The notes beneath the pieces are model-generated. The model did not search any database. It was given only the letters and a program-made list of their open reading frames with translations, and had not been told where the DNA came from. This document shows, in pieces, positions 11,708-20,622 of a stretch of DNA of 64,000 nucleotides. The translations under genes and the position numbers were made by a program. Where the stretch lies: positions 1,504,001-1,568,000 of the forward strand of contig OZ244799.1 of the NCBI GenBank assembly GCA_965219955.1, given 5' to 3'. Numbering within the stretch: position 1 is the first letter of the stretch; every line of letters starts with the position of its first letter. Origin of the DNA: a bacterium. GTDB taxonomy: Bacteria; UBA8248.

Positions 11708-12646
11708 TTACGCCGTGAGTTCCCGCAAATGCGCGACGACGGAGCGCTCGAGAGCCTCGAGGTTGTATCCGCCTTCGAGCAGGCAGACAAGCCGCCCCTC
11801 GCAGAGGTTTTCGGCAAGCGCCTTCACCCAACCGGTCAGACGGGCGAACCCGGCTTCGGTGATCATCAGCCCCCCGAGCGGGTCGTCCCGGTGCGCGTCG
11901 AACCCAGCCGATACGACGATAGCCTCCGGCCCGTGCGCCTCGATGGCGGGGATGACGCTTTCCTGAAATTTATTCAGATATTCCTCCTCGGGCGTTCCCG
12001 CCGCGACGGGAATGTTGAGCGTCGCACCCTCGCCCGCTCCTTCTCCGGTCTCGCCCGCCAGCCCCGTACCCGGATAGTGGGGATGCTGGTGCAGGGAGAC
12101 GAAAAGCACGTCCGGATCGCTCCAGAAAATATGCTGGGTGCCGTTTCCGTGATGCACGTCCCAATCCACCACGGCGATTCTCCGGAGCCCGTGTTTTTCC
12201 TGCAGATACCGGACCAGGATGGAGGCGGTGGCGAACAGGCAGAAACCCATGGATTGATGGGGCAAGGCGTGATGGCCCGGCGGTCTGGCGGCGCAAAAGG
12301 CGTTATCGGCTTCTCCGGCCACGACGGCATCCGCCGCGCTCAGGGCCGCATCCACGGAGGCGAGAGCGGCCTCATAGCTACCGGGGCCCGCCAGCGTGTC
12401 GCCGCCATCGAGAACGCACCTGCCGCCGGCGCACGCCTCCCGCACGAAATCGTGGTGCGGTTCCTCATGCACCCTCAGAACCCACTCCCTGGCGTCGTGT
12501 GGCTGAATCTCCATGTGCCTGAGCGACGGGACTTGCGGGAGAATTCTCTCGGGCGTCAGGCGTCTGGCGCGCTCGACGTTCTCCACGTGCCGGCCGTTGT
12601 CGTGCATGAGCGATTCGGGCGTCCAGAAATACGCGGTCCGGCTCAA
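11708..12646 (-). CDS. Histone-deacetylase-family amidohydrolase
   Basis: RPPGHHA, GFC, DWDVHHGNGT, SLHQ..YPGTG, SAGFDAH..DPL, LEGGY. Confidence 0.93.
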   Translation of the reverse strand: MSRTAYFWTPESLMHDNGRHVENVERARRLTPERILPQVPSLRHMEIQPHDAREWVLRVHEEPHHDFVREACAGGRCVLDGGDTLAGPGSYEAALASVDAALSAADAVVAGEADNAFCAARPPGHHALPHQSMGFCLFATASILVRYLQEKHGLRRIAVVDWDVHHGNGTQHIFWSDPDVLFVSLHQHPHYPGTGLAGETGEGAGEGATLNIPVAAGTPEEEYLNKFQESVIPAIEAHGPEAIVVSAGFDAHRDDPLGGLMITEAGFARLTGWVKALAENLCEGRLVCLLEGGYNLEALERSVVAHLRELTA

Positions 12647-13560
12647 TGGAGTCTCACTCTCGGGTCAAGGACGGAATACATCATGTCAACGATGAGGTTC
12701 AAAGACACGAAAATCAGGGCAGTGATGGTCACCGAAGCCTGCACCAGCGGGAAATCCTTGGCGTAGACGGCCTGAATCAGGAGCCTGCCCACGCCCGGCC
12801 AGGAGAAAATCGTCTCGACGATCACGGCGCCGCCGAGTAAATGCCCGAATTCCAGGCCGATGATGGTGATCACCGGAATCAGGGAGTTTCTGAGCACGTG
12901 CAGGTTGACGACGACCCACTCGGAGAGTCCCTTCGCGCGAGCGGTCTTCACGTACTCATGGCGCAGCACCTCCAGCATGGAGCTTCGAACCACCCGCGCA
13001 TTTCTCGCAATCGAGTAGGTGGAAAGCGCGATGGCGGGCAGCACCAGATGCTCCCAGCCGCCTCTTCCGCTGACGGGCAGCCACCTCAGACCCACCCCGA
13101 AGACGAGGATCAGCATCAAACCGAGCCAGAAAACGGGCATGGATTGCCCCAGGAGCGCGAACAACATCCCCCCGTGATCATACGGAGAGCCGCGCTGCGT
13201 CGCGCTGATGATCCCTACCGGAAACGCCAGGATGATCGAGAGGACCAGCGCCACCAGGGCGAGTTCCAGCGTCGCCGGCAGACGCTCCATGATGAGTTCG
13301 AACGCGGGCTGGCGGTAGCGCAGGCTTTCTCCGAAATCACCCTGAACCGCCCTGCCCACGTAGAGCGTGTATTGAACGAACCAGGGCTTGTCCAGACCCA
13401 GGTCTTCTTTGAGTTTCTGAACCTCCTCGACCGTCCAGTCCTCGCCCACCATGGTGTCCGTCGGGTCGCCCGACAGGAACAAGACGGCGAACGAGATGAA
13501 GCTCACGCCGACCACGACCACGACGGCCCGAAGAAATCGTCTGAAGAGATAGGCGCCCAT
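12643..13560 (-). CDS. Peptide/nickel ABC transporter permease (DppB-like)
   Basis: GDFGES, YVKTARAKGL, GAVIVETIFSWPGVG, LDPRV. Confidence 0.92.
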   Translation of the reverse strand: MGAYLFRRFLRAVVVVVGVSFISFAVLFLSGDPTDTMVGEDWTVEEVQKLKEDLGLDKPWFVQYTLYVGRAVQGDFGESLRYRQPAFELIMERLPATLELALVALVLSIILAFPVGIISATQRGSPYDHGGMLFALLGQSMPVFWLGLMLILVFGVGLRWLPVSGRGGWEHLVLPAIALSTYSIARNARVVRSSMLEVLRHEYVKTARAKGLSEWVVVNLHVLRNSLIPVITIIGLEFGHLLGGAVIVETIFSWPGVGRLLIQAVYAKDFPLVQASVTITALIFVSLNLIVDMMYSVLDPRVRLH

Positions 13561-13563
13561 CGT

Positions 13564-15111
13564 CTATTCTTTCGCCTCTTTCAAGCGGATCGTGGGCAGG
13601 TAGATCCTCTCGTCCGGCCTCGGCGTCCATTGCGTTCTGGCGCTCAAGCCGAAAAAATCATACTGGTTCCAGAGGAATACCCACGGGCTTTCTTCATGAA
13701 CGATGCGCTGCATCCGGTAGCTGATCCGCTTGCGCTCGGCGGAGTCGAACGTCTGGCCCAGCAACTTGTAATTTTGAATAAACTCCCGGTTTCTCCAGGC
13801 GGTGAGGTTCGCAAAAAGGTTGGGCCTCAACACGCCCAGGTCGAGTTCTTCGTTGAAGGCGGAGCTGAACCCGTGAAAATACAAGGGCGCCAGCGTCTTT
13901 TTTCTTCTTCTGGCGAGAAAAACGGACCACTCCAGGGGGATCACCTCCACGCGGACGCCCACGTCGCGGAAATAAGCCGCCAAAAATTCCGACATCTCCT
14001 TTCCTTTCAAATACCTGGAAGCGGGCACTTCAAGTTTCACCTCAAACGGCTTTCCATTCGCTTCCAATACACCGTCCCCATTCGTATCCTTCAGACCGGC
14101 CTCGGCGAGGAGGGCTTTCGCCTTTTGAGGATCGTAGGCGTACGCCTTGATATCCGGGTCGGCGTTCGGGGGGTTCACGATACTCTTCATCCGGGAGCCA
14201 TGACCCAGAAAAACGTTCCTGACGATGGCCTCGAAATCAATCGCGTGGTTCAGCGCCCGGCGAACGCGAGGGTCGCCGAGCACCCCGTGATCCGTGCGAA
14301 TCCCCAGATAAATCCTGCGTCCCCCCCGGGCGCCTTTGAGCTGGAGACCCTCTTCTCTCGCCAGAATGGTTTTCGATTGATCGGGCGAGATGTTCATGAT
14401 GACGTCGGCCCCGCCCGTCTCAAGCTCCCCGATGCGGGCCGAAGCCTCGGCCACTGGACGCCAAACCACTTTTTTTATGGCGGGCTCACCCCGCCACCAG
14501 TTCTCGTTGGCCTCCATCTCGACGTGATCGTCCTTGACCCATTTCACCAGCTTGTAGGGCCCCGAGCCCACGGGTTTTTTCAACAGTTCCTTGGGCGGGG
14601 TCGATGAATAATACCCGGGCGGTAGCATGAACGCGTTCACCATCCACACAGGCAGGGTGGCGACCGGGCGCTTCGTATGAATCTTCACGGTGTGGGAGTC
14701 CACTTTTTCCACCCTGTCCAGAAAAATCCTCCGGTAAACCGTGGTGCGGGGCTTGAGTTTCCTGTCCCGCATCCGCTCGAAGGTGTAGCGCACGGATTCC
14801 GCATCGAACGGCTCGCCGTTATGAAACTTCACACCCTTGCGCAGATGAAACGTCCAGACCTTTTTCGTTTCGTCCACCTCCCAGCGTTCGGCCAGGGCGG
14901 GCCCCAGCGTCATATCGCCGCGCCGCTCGATGAGCGGGTCGAACATGTTCATCAATATGCTCCACTCGATGGTGGCCGTGGCGAAATGGGGGTCGAGCGT
15001 ATTGGCTTCCACCGAGAGGAGAACCGTGAAGGGACCCTGTTTCGCTTCGCGGCCGCAGGCGGCGAGCGCCACGAGCAGCAGGCAAAATCCGCACAACAAG
15101 GCTCTTTTCAT
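13564..15111 (-). CDS. ABC transporter substrate-binding lipoprotein (family 5)
   Basis: Lipobox LAAC; TLDP, LAERW, LRKGVKFHNG, PVGSGPY, VRRALNHAID. Confidence 0.92.
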   Translation of the reverse strand: MKRALLCGFCLLLVALAACGREAKQGPFTVLLSVEANTLDPHFATATIEWSILMNMFDPLIERRGDMTLGPALAERWEVDETKKVWTFHLRKGVKFHNGEPFDAESVRYTFERMRDRKLKPRTTVYRRIFLDRVEKVDSHTVKIHTKRPVATLPVWMVNAFMLPPGYYSSTPPKELLKKPVGSGPYKLVKWVKDDHVEMEANENWWRGEPAIKKVVWRPVAEASARIGELETGGADVIMNISPDQSKTILAREEGLQLKGARGGRRIYLGIRTDHGVLGDPRVRRALNHAIDFEAIVRNVFLGHGSRMKSIVNPPNADPDIKAYAYDPQKAKALLAEAGLKDTNGDGVLEANGKPFEVKLEVPASRYLKGKEMSEFLAAYFRDVGVRVEVIPLEWSVFLARRRKKTLAPLYFHGFSSAFNEELDLGVLRPNLFANLTAWRNREFIQNYKLLGQTFDSAERKRISYRMQRIVHEESPWVFLWNQYDFFGLSARTQWTPRPDERIYLPTIRLKEAKE

Positions 15112-15132
15112 GCGCGAGTTCCCTTCCGAAAC

Positions 15133-16065
15133 CTACATGTCATCGCCGAGGCGGGGGTCCATGTAGTCCCTCAGCCAGTCGCCGATGAGGTTGATGCTCA
15201 GAACCGTCGCCATGATGGCGAGACCCGGGAAAGTCGCCATCCACCACGCGCCTCTCAGATATTCACGCCCTTCGGCGAGCATGCCCCCCCAGGTGACGAC
15301 CGAAGGCGGAACGCCGAACCCCAGAAAGCTGAGCGAGGATTCGGAAATGATGTTTCCCGCTACGGCAAAGGTGGCGATGACGATCAGAGGCGAGAGGGTG
15401 TTGGGCAGTATCTGCATGAACAGTATGCGGTACAAAGGGTAGCCCAGGGCATGGGTGGCCTCCACGAATTCGCGCTCCCTTATCGAGATGACCTGTCCTC
15501 TCACCACGCGGCCGTACGCCACCCACCGGCTGATCCCCAGCACCACGATGATGTTGAACAGGCCCGGCCCGACGACCGCCATGATCGTGAGGGCCAGAAG
15601 CATAAAGGGAAACGCCAGTTGAATCTCGGAAAACCCGCTGATGAGATCGTCGATTTTTCCGCCGAAAAAGCCGGAAACAAGCCCCAGAACGATGCCGATC
15701 ACTCCTGAAATCACCACCGAACTCAAACCCACGAGAATGGAGACGCGGCCCCCGTACATGAGCCGGCTCAAAACGTCCCGGCCCAGCGCGTCTGTTCCCA
15801 GAAAATAGCGCGCGCTTCCGCCCTCCACCCAGACAGGCGGCTTCAGGCGCAGGTTGACGTCCACCAGGCTCGGGTCTTGCGGCACAATGAGAGGGGCGGA
15901 AAAAGAAACGACCACCAGCAGGATGAGAAAAACGCCCCCGAGCATCGCCGGTTTGGCGCGCATCAAGCTGCGGCGGAATTTCGCCCACCGGAGCTCCGAT
16001 TCCGGAATCATCGGGTATCCATCCGCATCAATAGCGGATTCGGACATTGTTCTATCTTCGGACAT
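15133..16065 (-). CDS. Peptide/nickel ABC transporter permease (DppC-like)
   Basis: LGTDALGRDVLSRL, EFVEATHALG, ESSLSFLGFG, GDWLRDYMDP. Confidence 0.92.
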   Translation of the reverse strand: MSEDRTMSESAIDADGYPMIPESELRWAKFRRSLMRAKPAMLGGVFLILLVVVSFSAPLIVPQDPSLVDVNLRLKPPVWVEGGSARYFLGTDALGRDVLSRLMYGGRVSILVGLSSVVISGVIGIVLGLVSGFFGGKIDDLISGFSEIQLAFPFMLLALTIMAVVGPGLFNIIVVLGISRWVAYGRVVRGQVISIREREFVEATHALGYPLYRILFMQILPNTLSPLIVIATFAVAGNIISESSLSFLGFGVPPSVVTWGGMLAEGREYLRGAWWMATFPGLAIMATVLSINLIGDWLRDYMDPRLGDDM

Positions 16066-16284
16066 TCATCTATTCTCGCGCCTTGGTGACATATTTCGTG
16101 AGTTGAGACGCTCCGCATCCTAGCATAGCGGAACGCGCGTTGCAGAAGCCCCGGGGGTGAAATCGCCGCACCCCGGAATGTCGATTCATGTTGATATCCG
16201 CAAGGCTATCGAATTAGAATCGCCTGTTTCGATTTTGGAGCCGCCAGGGGATTCACGCTGATTCTCGAAGAAGGAAAGTTTTCC

Positions 16285-17721
16285 TTGCCTCGCCACACGA
16301 AAGATGATTTCAACGAAGTGTTGACTTCCGCCGTTCCGGCAGGCTCGACGTTCGGCTTTCAGGGCCTGCGCGCGGTCGATTCCATTACCGTGGAAAACAT
16401 CGTCCCCCTCGATTTCCTCATCGCCTGTGACTACGGGCTCGACGGTCCGGAGTGGGACAGGCGCCTGCGCTATTTCGCCGTGGAGCGCGGGCGGAACAGA
16501 CGAATCGTGTGGACGCATTCATCGCTCGTAGAGGCTTATGAAGGCGCCCTGGGCTCTCAAATCCGGGAGTTTCTCTCGCAAGGGGACGCTCCCCGGTACG
16601 TCATCCCCTACCGCTCCACGGAATTCCTCGGAAAGCTCGCCGAAGAAGCCGACGGCAGGCTCCACATTCTGGCGAACCCGGTGGAAATCAAGACGAGACT
16701 CGACGACAAGATATCCTTCCGCCGCCAGGCGATCGAAGCAGGGTTCGCCGTTCCCCCGGGCGACGTGGTGGCGCTGGGTGAACTCGGACTCAATCAACTC
16801 GAAGAATTCGGCCCCGTTATGATCATTTCGGAGCGAATCGGTTCCTCCGGCAACCAGACGCACTTCATCGACTCACCCGAGGCGCTCGCAACGAAACGGG
16901 ATGAACTCATCGAGAAACTGGGCCCCGATGCGCCGGTGATCGTGAGCGCGTTTCTAAGCGGCCCCGCCGTGGGAACGGCAGGGTTGATTTATGACGGCAA
17001 ACCCTGGATGTCCCACCCCTCGGTGATGTTCACGGGAATTCCCGGCTGCTCCATGCACCGCTTCGACTATGCCGGAAGCGATTATGCGGCGTATCGGCTG
17101 GTTTCCGGGGAGAGCCGGCGAAAAATCGAAGAATTCACCCTGAAAATCGGAGAGTGGATAGCAGAGGCGGGCTACCGGGGAATATACGGCGTCGATTTCA
17201 TCGTCCATCGGGACGAACCCTACGCCCTCGAACTCAATCCGCGCGTACTGGGGACAACACAACTGATGACCGAACTCGAGGAAATACACGGCGACGCACC
17301 CACCACCACCTACTGGCATCTGGCCGAATTCCTGAAGCCGGGCGCCGCTCTCGACGCGCGTCAGGACTTGCTCGCCGAACTCAGCCGGCCGGATTTATCC
17401 GGTTTCCAGCTCCTGATTCGAAACACGAGTCCTTCGAGAGTCCGAATCGGCTCCTCGCTGGAACCCGGCATCTACACTATCCAGAATGGAAAGCCCGAAT
17501 TCATCCGGCGGGGGTATCGCCTGAGCGACGTTCAAGACCAGGATGAAGTGCTGGTGACTTGCTCTCCCCCGGCGAAAGGCACCATAGTAGAGCCGAGGGG
17601 AGCGTTCTGTAAGCTCGAGGGCGTTTCATCCATCTATGAAGGGGGAGAAAAGCAGATATCTCCGCACGCCCGGGAAATGATTGACAGTTTCACGCGCCGC
17701 CTCGCGCTTTCTCCCGCTTAG
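16285..17721 (+). CDS. ATP-grasp domain protein (putative amino acid/peptide ligase)
   Basis: DDKISFR, GSSGNQT loop, GYRGIYGVDF, LELNPR; TTG start with AAGGA RBS. Confidence 0.8.
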   Translation: MPRHTKDDFNEVLTSAVPAGSTFGFQGLRAVDSITVENIVPLDFLIACDYGLDGPEWDRRLRYFAVERGRNRRIVWTHSSLVEAYEGALGSQIREFLSQGDAPRYVIPYRSTEFLGKLAEEADGRLHILANPVEIKTRLDDKISFRRQAIEAGFAVPPGDVVALGELGLNQLEEFGPVMIISERIGSSGNQTHFIDSPEALATKRDELIEKLGPDAPVIVSAFLSGPAVGTAGLIYDGKPWMSHPSVMFTGIPGCSMHRFDYAGSDYAAYRLVSGESRRKIEEFTLKIGEWIAEAGYRGIYGVDFIVHRDEPYALELNPRVLGTTQLMTELEEIHGDAPTTTYWHLAEFLKPGAALDARQDLLAELSRPDLSGFQLLIRNTSPSRVRIGSSLEPGIYTIQNGKPEFIRRGYRLSDVQDQDEVLVTCSPPAKGTIVEPRGAFCKLEGVSSIYEGGEKQISPHAREMIDSFTRRLALSPA

Positions 17722-17734
17722 GACATCGTGGAAA

Positions 17735-18904
17735 TTGAAAATAGATTCTTTCGCATCCACCGCCCGGGGTCTGTTCCTCTCTCCCGGGAGTCCGTATGCC
17801 TTTCAGGCGGATTTCACGCCCGACCCGCAGGCCGTTCCTTCCAACGGCATCTTCCTGGGTGAGGTCGTTGACGTTCCCGAAAACGCGCCCATTGATCGCC
17901 TGGAAACGCTCGAAGCTCTCCAGGGAACGCAAGACGCCTGGAAGACGAGCGAAATGAAATTGCGCGAAAAAATGAACTTGGTCGTGACAATTGGCGGGCG
18001 CTATGCGAATCGCAGCGTTTCGGGCCGTGCGCCGGACTCGCCCGCAGAGCCTGGCGTCATACTCGACCTGCTGAACGTCGGCGGCGTCTGCGGGGTCCGC
18101 ACGAACCCCGATACGCCGTGCGTGAAAATAGAGGTGAAAGGGGGCGTCGCGCTGCGAGGCGAACCCGCCACGCTTTCTCATCTCCCCGTCATTCCCGATA
18201 CCCGGTGCCCCGTGGATGAAGAGGGAATTCCCTGCGCTCCCATTATCCTGGTCACCGGCTCCGAGATGGACGTGGGCAAAACGACCTGCGCGTCTTCGCT
18301 CGCCTCCGCCCTTCACTCCTCGGGCATCCACGTCTCGTACGTGAAACTCACGGGAACGGGACGCATGCGGGATCTCATGCAGGTAAACTACGGAAGACCG
18401 CTCGGGTTTTTCGATTCAGCGAGACTCGGGTGGGATTTCGTCGATGCGGGTCTCGCATCCACATGCGGCGCCTCCCCGCGCAGGGTCAGGCGATGCGCCC
18501 AGAACCTGCTTCGCCACGGCTGCGCGAAGGCGGAGATCGTGATTGCGGAATTGGCGGATTCCCCGTCTTCCGACGCCAGCCTCCACGTGGCGAGCGACCC
18601 CTGGGTCAAAGACTGGCTCGCGCGCAGAGGTCTGATAATCTGCGCATGTGATACGCTGGAATCAACGCTCATCGTTCACTGGATACGGAGCCACCTGGAA
18701 GTGGAGGAGGAAAACATGCTCATTTCCGGAAAGCTCGCGAACGAAGCGCATGCGCGCGAGGAGGCGTACCGCATGACCGGCATCCGCGCCCTGAGTTGCA
18801 CAGCTCCGAATCCCTCCTCCCTCGCGGGCGAGAGGGCTGTCGGCGGAGCCATCGCGGACTGGGTGGCAAAACACTTTATGCGCCAGCGCAAGTCGGTCTT
18901 CTAA
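17735..18904 (+). CDS. DUF1611-type P-loop NTPase-fold protein
   Basis: GSEMDVGKTT, KLTGTG, DFVDAGLAST, IAELAD; N-terminal GGRYA and GGVCG segments. TTG start inferred at 17735. Confidence 0.7.
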   Translation: MKIDSFASTARGLFLSPGSPYAFQADFTPDPQAVPSNGIFLGEVVDVPENAPIDRLETLEALQGTQDAWKTSEMKLREKMNLVVTIGGRYANRSVSGRAPDSPAEPGVILDLLNVGGVCGVRTNPDTPCVKIEVKGGVALRGEPATLSHLPVIPDTRCPVDEEGIPCAPIILVTGSEMDVGKTTCASSLASALHSSGIHVSYVKLTGTGRMRDLMQVNYGRPLGFFDSARLGWDFVDAGLASTCGASPRRVRRCAQNLLRHGCAKAEIVIAELADSPSSDASLHVASDPWVKDWLARRGLIICACDTLESTLIVHWIRSHLEVEEENMLISGKLANEAHAREEAYRMTGIRALSCTAPNPSSLAGERAVGGAIADWVAKHFMRQRKSVF

Positions 18905-18916
18905 AAGAGAAAACCC

Positions 18917-20533
18917 TTGGCCTCATACAAGAGAGCAAATCATCCCCTCATCGCGCGAGAACCTTCTCTGTATCACCTCACGCCGGATGCGAGCGGCGGC
19001 GTCTGGGATCTGAACCGGTTGAGCCGGGAATTCGACTCGCCCACCGGCGACCTGAATGAAACCCTGATCGAGAGCCTCAACCAATGGGCGTCGCGCGAAC
19101 CTCGATTTGCGGACTTCCGCATCGTAAAAGACGCATCACCCACTCGACTTCCGGGAGAGATACTTTTGCTGGACGGCTCCCCGAGCCGGCTCCCCCTCAC
19201 CATGGAGACGGCGCGGGTGATGCGGGCGCACCTGAATCAACTGGGGTTGTCCATCCCCGTCAGGGTCCTGAACCGGCGCGAAGAACTTCTGGCGCGCGCC
19301 GCCAAGGCGCCGAGAGAACTGCTCGTCATCAGCCAGACCGCCCAAAGAAGCCTCTACGACGCAACCCTCGCAAAGGTTCTCGAATCGCGGGGAATCGTCG
19401 TGGTGCCCGGGCCTCTCACCGCTCCCGGCGGGCCGCTGTCCAACAAGAAAACCACGTACGAACTCCTGAACGGAAACGGCGCTGACGCGAAAAACCTGCA
19501 TGTGGACGGTCCCGGGCGTCACCTGACGGCCGGCTATGAAGTGGTGGAATCAAACGGAGGGCGACCTGCGGATACCGCCACAGCCATACTGGACAAGGCT
19601 TCCGCCTTGTCGAAGAAGTGGGGCGTCACGACTTTCTTCGTCAAGCCGCAGGAAGGCGGCGGCGGACGCGGATGTTTTCGGCTGGACGTCTACCCCAACG
19701 GGTTCGGGCTGCCGGATTTGAGCAGGCTTGGCGTCGCAACACGCCATGCGACTCCTCAGCCCTTATCTATCGACGCGGAAAACCACGACCACCTTCGGGC
19801 GATGGATTGGCTCGTTCATCGCTTCCAGGCCAGCCCGGCGACCTCGAATGCCTATATCAAGACCCGAATGGTGGGAGACGGCGCTCCCCCGGCCGTCCTG
19901 GGTCAGATGCTCAGAAACTGCGCGCCCAGACTCGAATCCGAACTGCGCGAATCCGCCCGATCACGCGAGGAATCGCTGCGCCTCCTGTCGAGCGCCATCG
20001 AGAACTACGAGCAGGTGTTCGACGCGCGCTACCTGCCGCTGATATGCGACTGGATAGATTTCGGCCTGTTCAGCGTTCGCGTTCACCTGAGGCTCAGCCG
20101 CGAGGGAATGGTCGTGGAAACGCTCTACGCCAGGCTCTTTCCGGTGGAATTCTCGGATGATTCGATCGGCGTCGTCGGCGTGGACAGCATCACGAACCGC
20201 ACGGAGGGGGGCATGGAACTGAACCGCTATACGCCTCTGGTCCCGCCCCTGGTCGCGTATGCGGGAGGGGCGGAGAGATTGTGCGAGAAGCTTCGCGGCG
20301 CCTTCGATGCGTTCGCGCGCTTTTTGACTCTCGTCGACCCCTCCGAGCGCGGCAGGATTCCGGTTCGGGCCGAATTCGACCTCTCGCCCCTCAACGGACT
20401 GATCGCCGAGGGCAACGCCGATCCCGTCCGCGCCCAGTGCGCGAACAGCCGCTGGGTGAGATTCTCCGAAAACAGCGCGCAGTGGGCGGAGGACGCCCTG
20501 TCGCTCTACTCATGGAAATCTCAAAAACTCTAA
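18917..20533 (+). CDS. Divergent ATP-grasp-like protein
   Basis: SNKKTTYELL, FFVKPQEGGGGRGC, and AEFD...IAEGN resembling the metal-binding ExN motif; TTG start. Confidence 0.6.
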   Translation: MASYKRANHPLIAREPSLYHLTPDASGGVWDLNRLSREFDSPTGDLNETLIESLNQWASREPRFADFRIVKDASPTRLPGEILLLDGSPSRLPLTMETARVMRAHLNQLGLSIPVRVLNRREELLARAAKAPRELLVISQTAQRSLYDATLAKVLESRGIVVVPGPLTAPGGPLSNKKTTYELLNGNGADAKNLHVDGPGRHLTAGYEVVESNGGRPADTATAILDKASALSKKWGVTTFFVKPQEGGGGRGCFRLDVYPNGFGLPDLSRLGVATRHATPQPLSIDAENHDHLRAMDWLVHRFQASPATSNAYIKTRMVGDGAPPAVLGQMLRNCAPRLESELRESARSREESLRLLSSAIENYEQVFDARYLPLICDWIDFGLFSVRVHLRLSREGMVVETLYARLFPVEFSDDSIGVVGVDSITNRTEGGMELNRYTPLVPPLVAYAGGAERLCEKLRGAFDAFARFLTLVDPSERGRIPVRAEFDLSPLNGLIAEGNADPVRAQCANSRWVRFSENSAQWAEDALSLYSWKSQKL

Positions 20534-20622
20534 GTTAGAATCAACCGGCCCGCGTTCGTTTCTATTCGAGGAATCTCACGGGGCGGGAATCGCGCGAAAG
20601 ATCCTCATCCAGCGCTCTAGAA

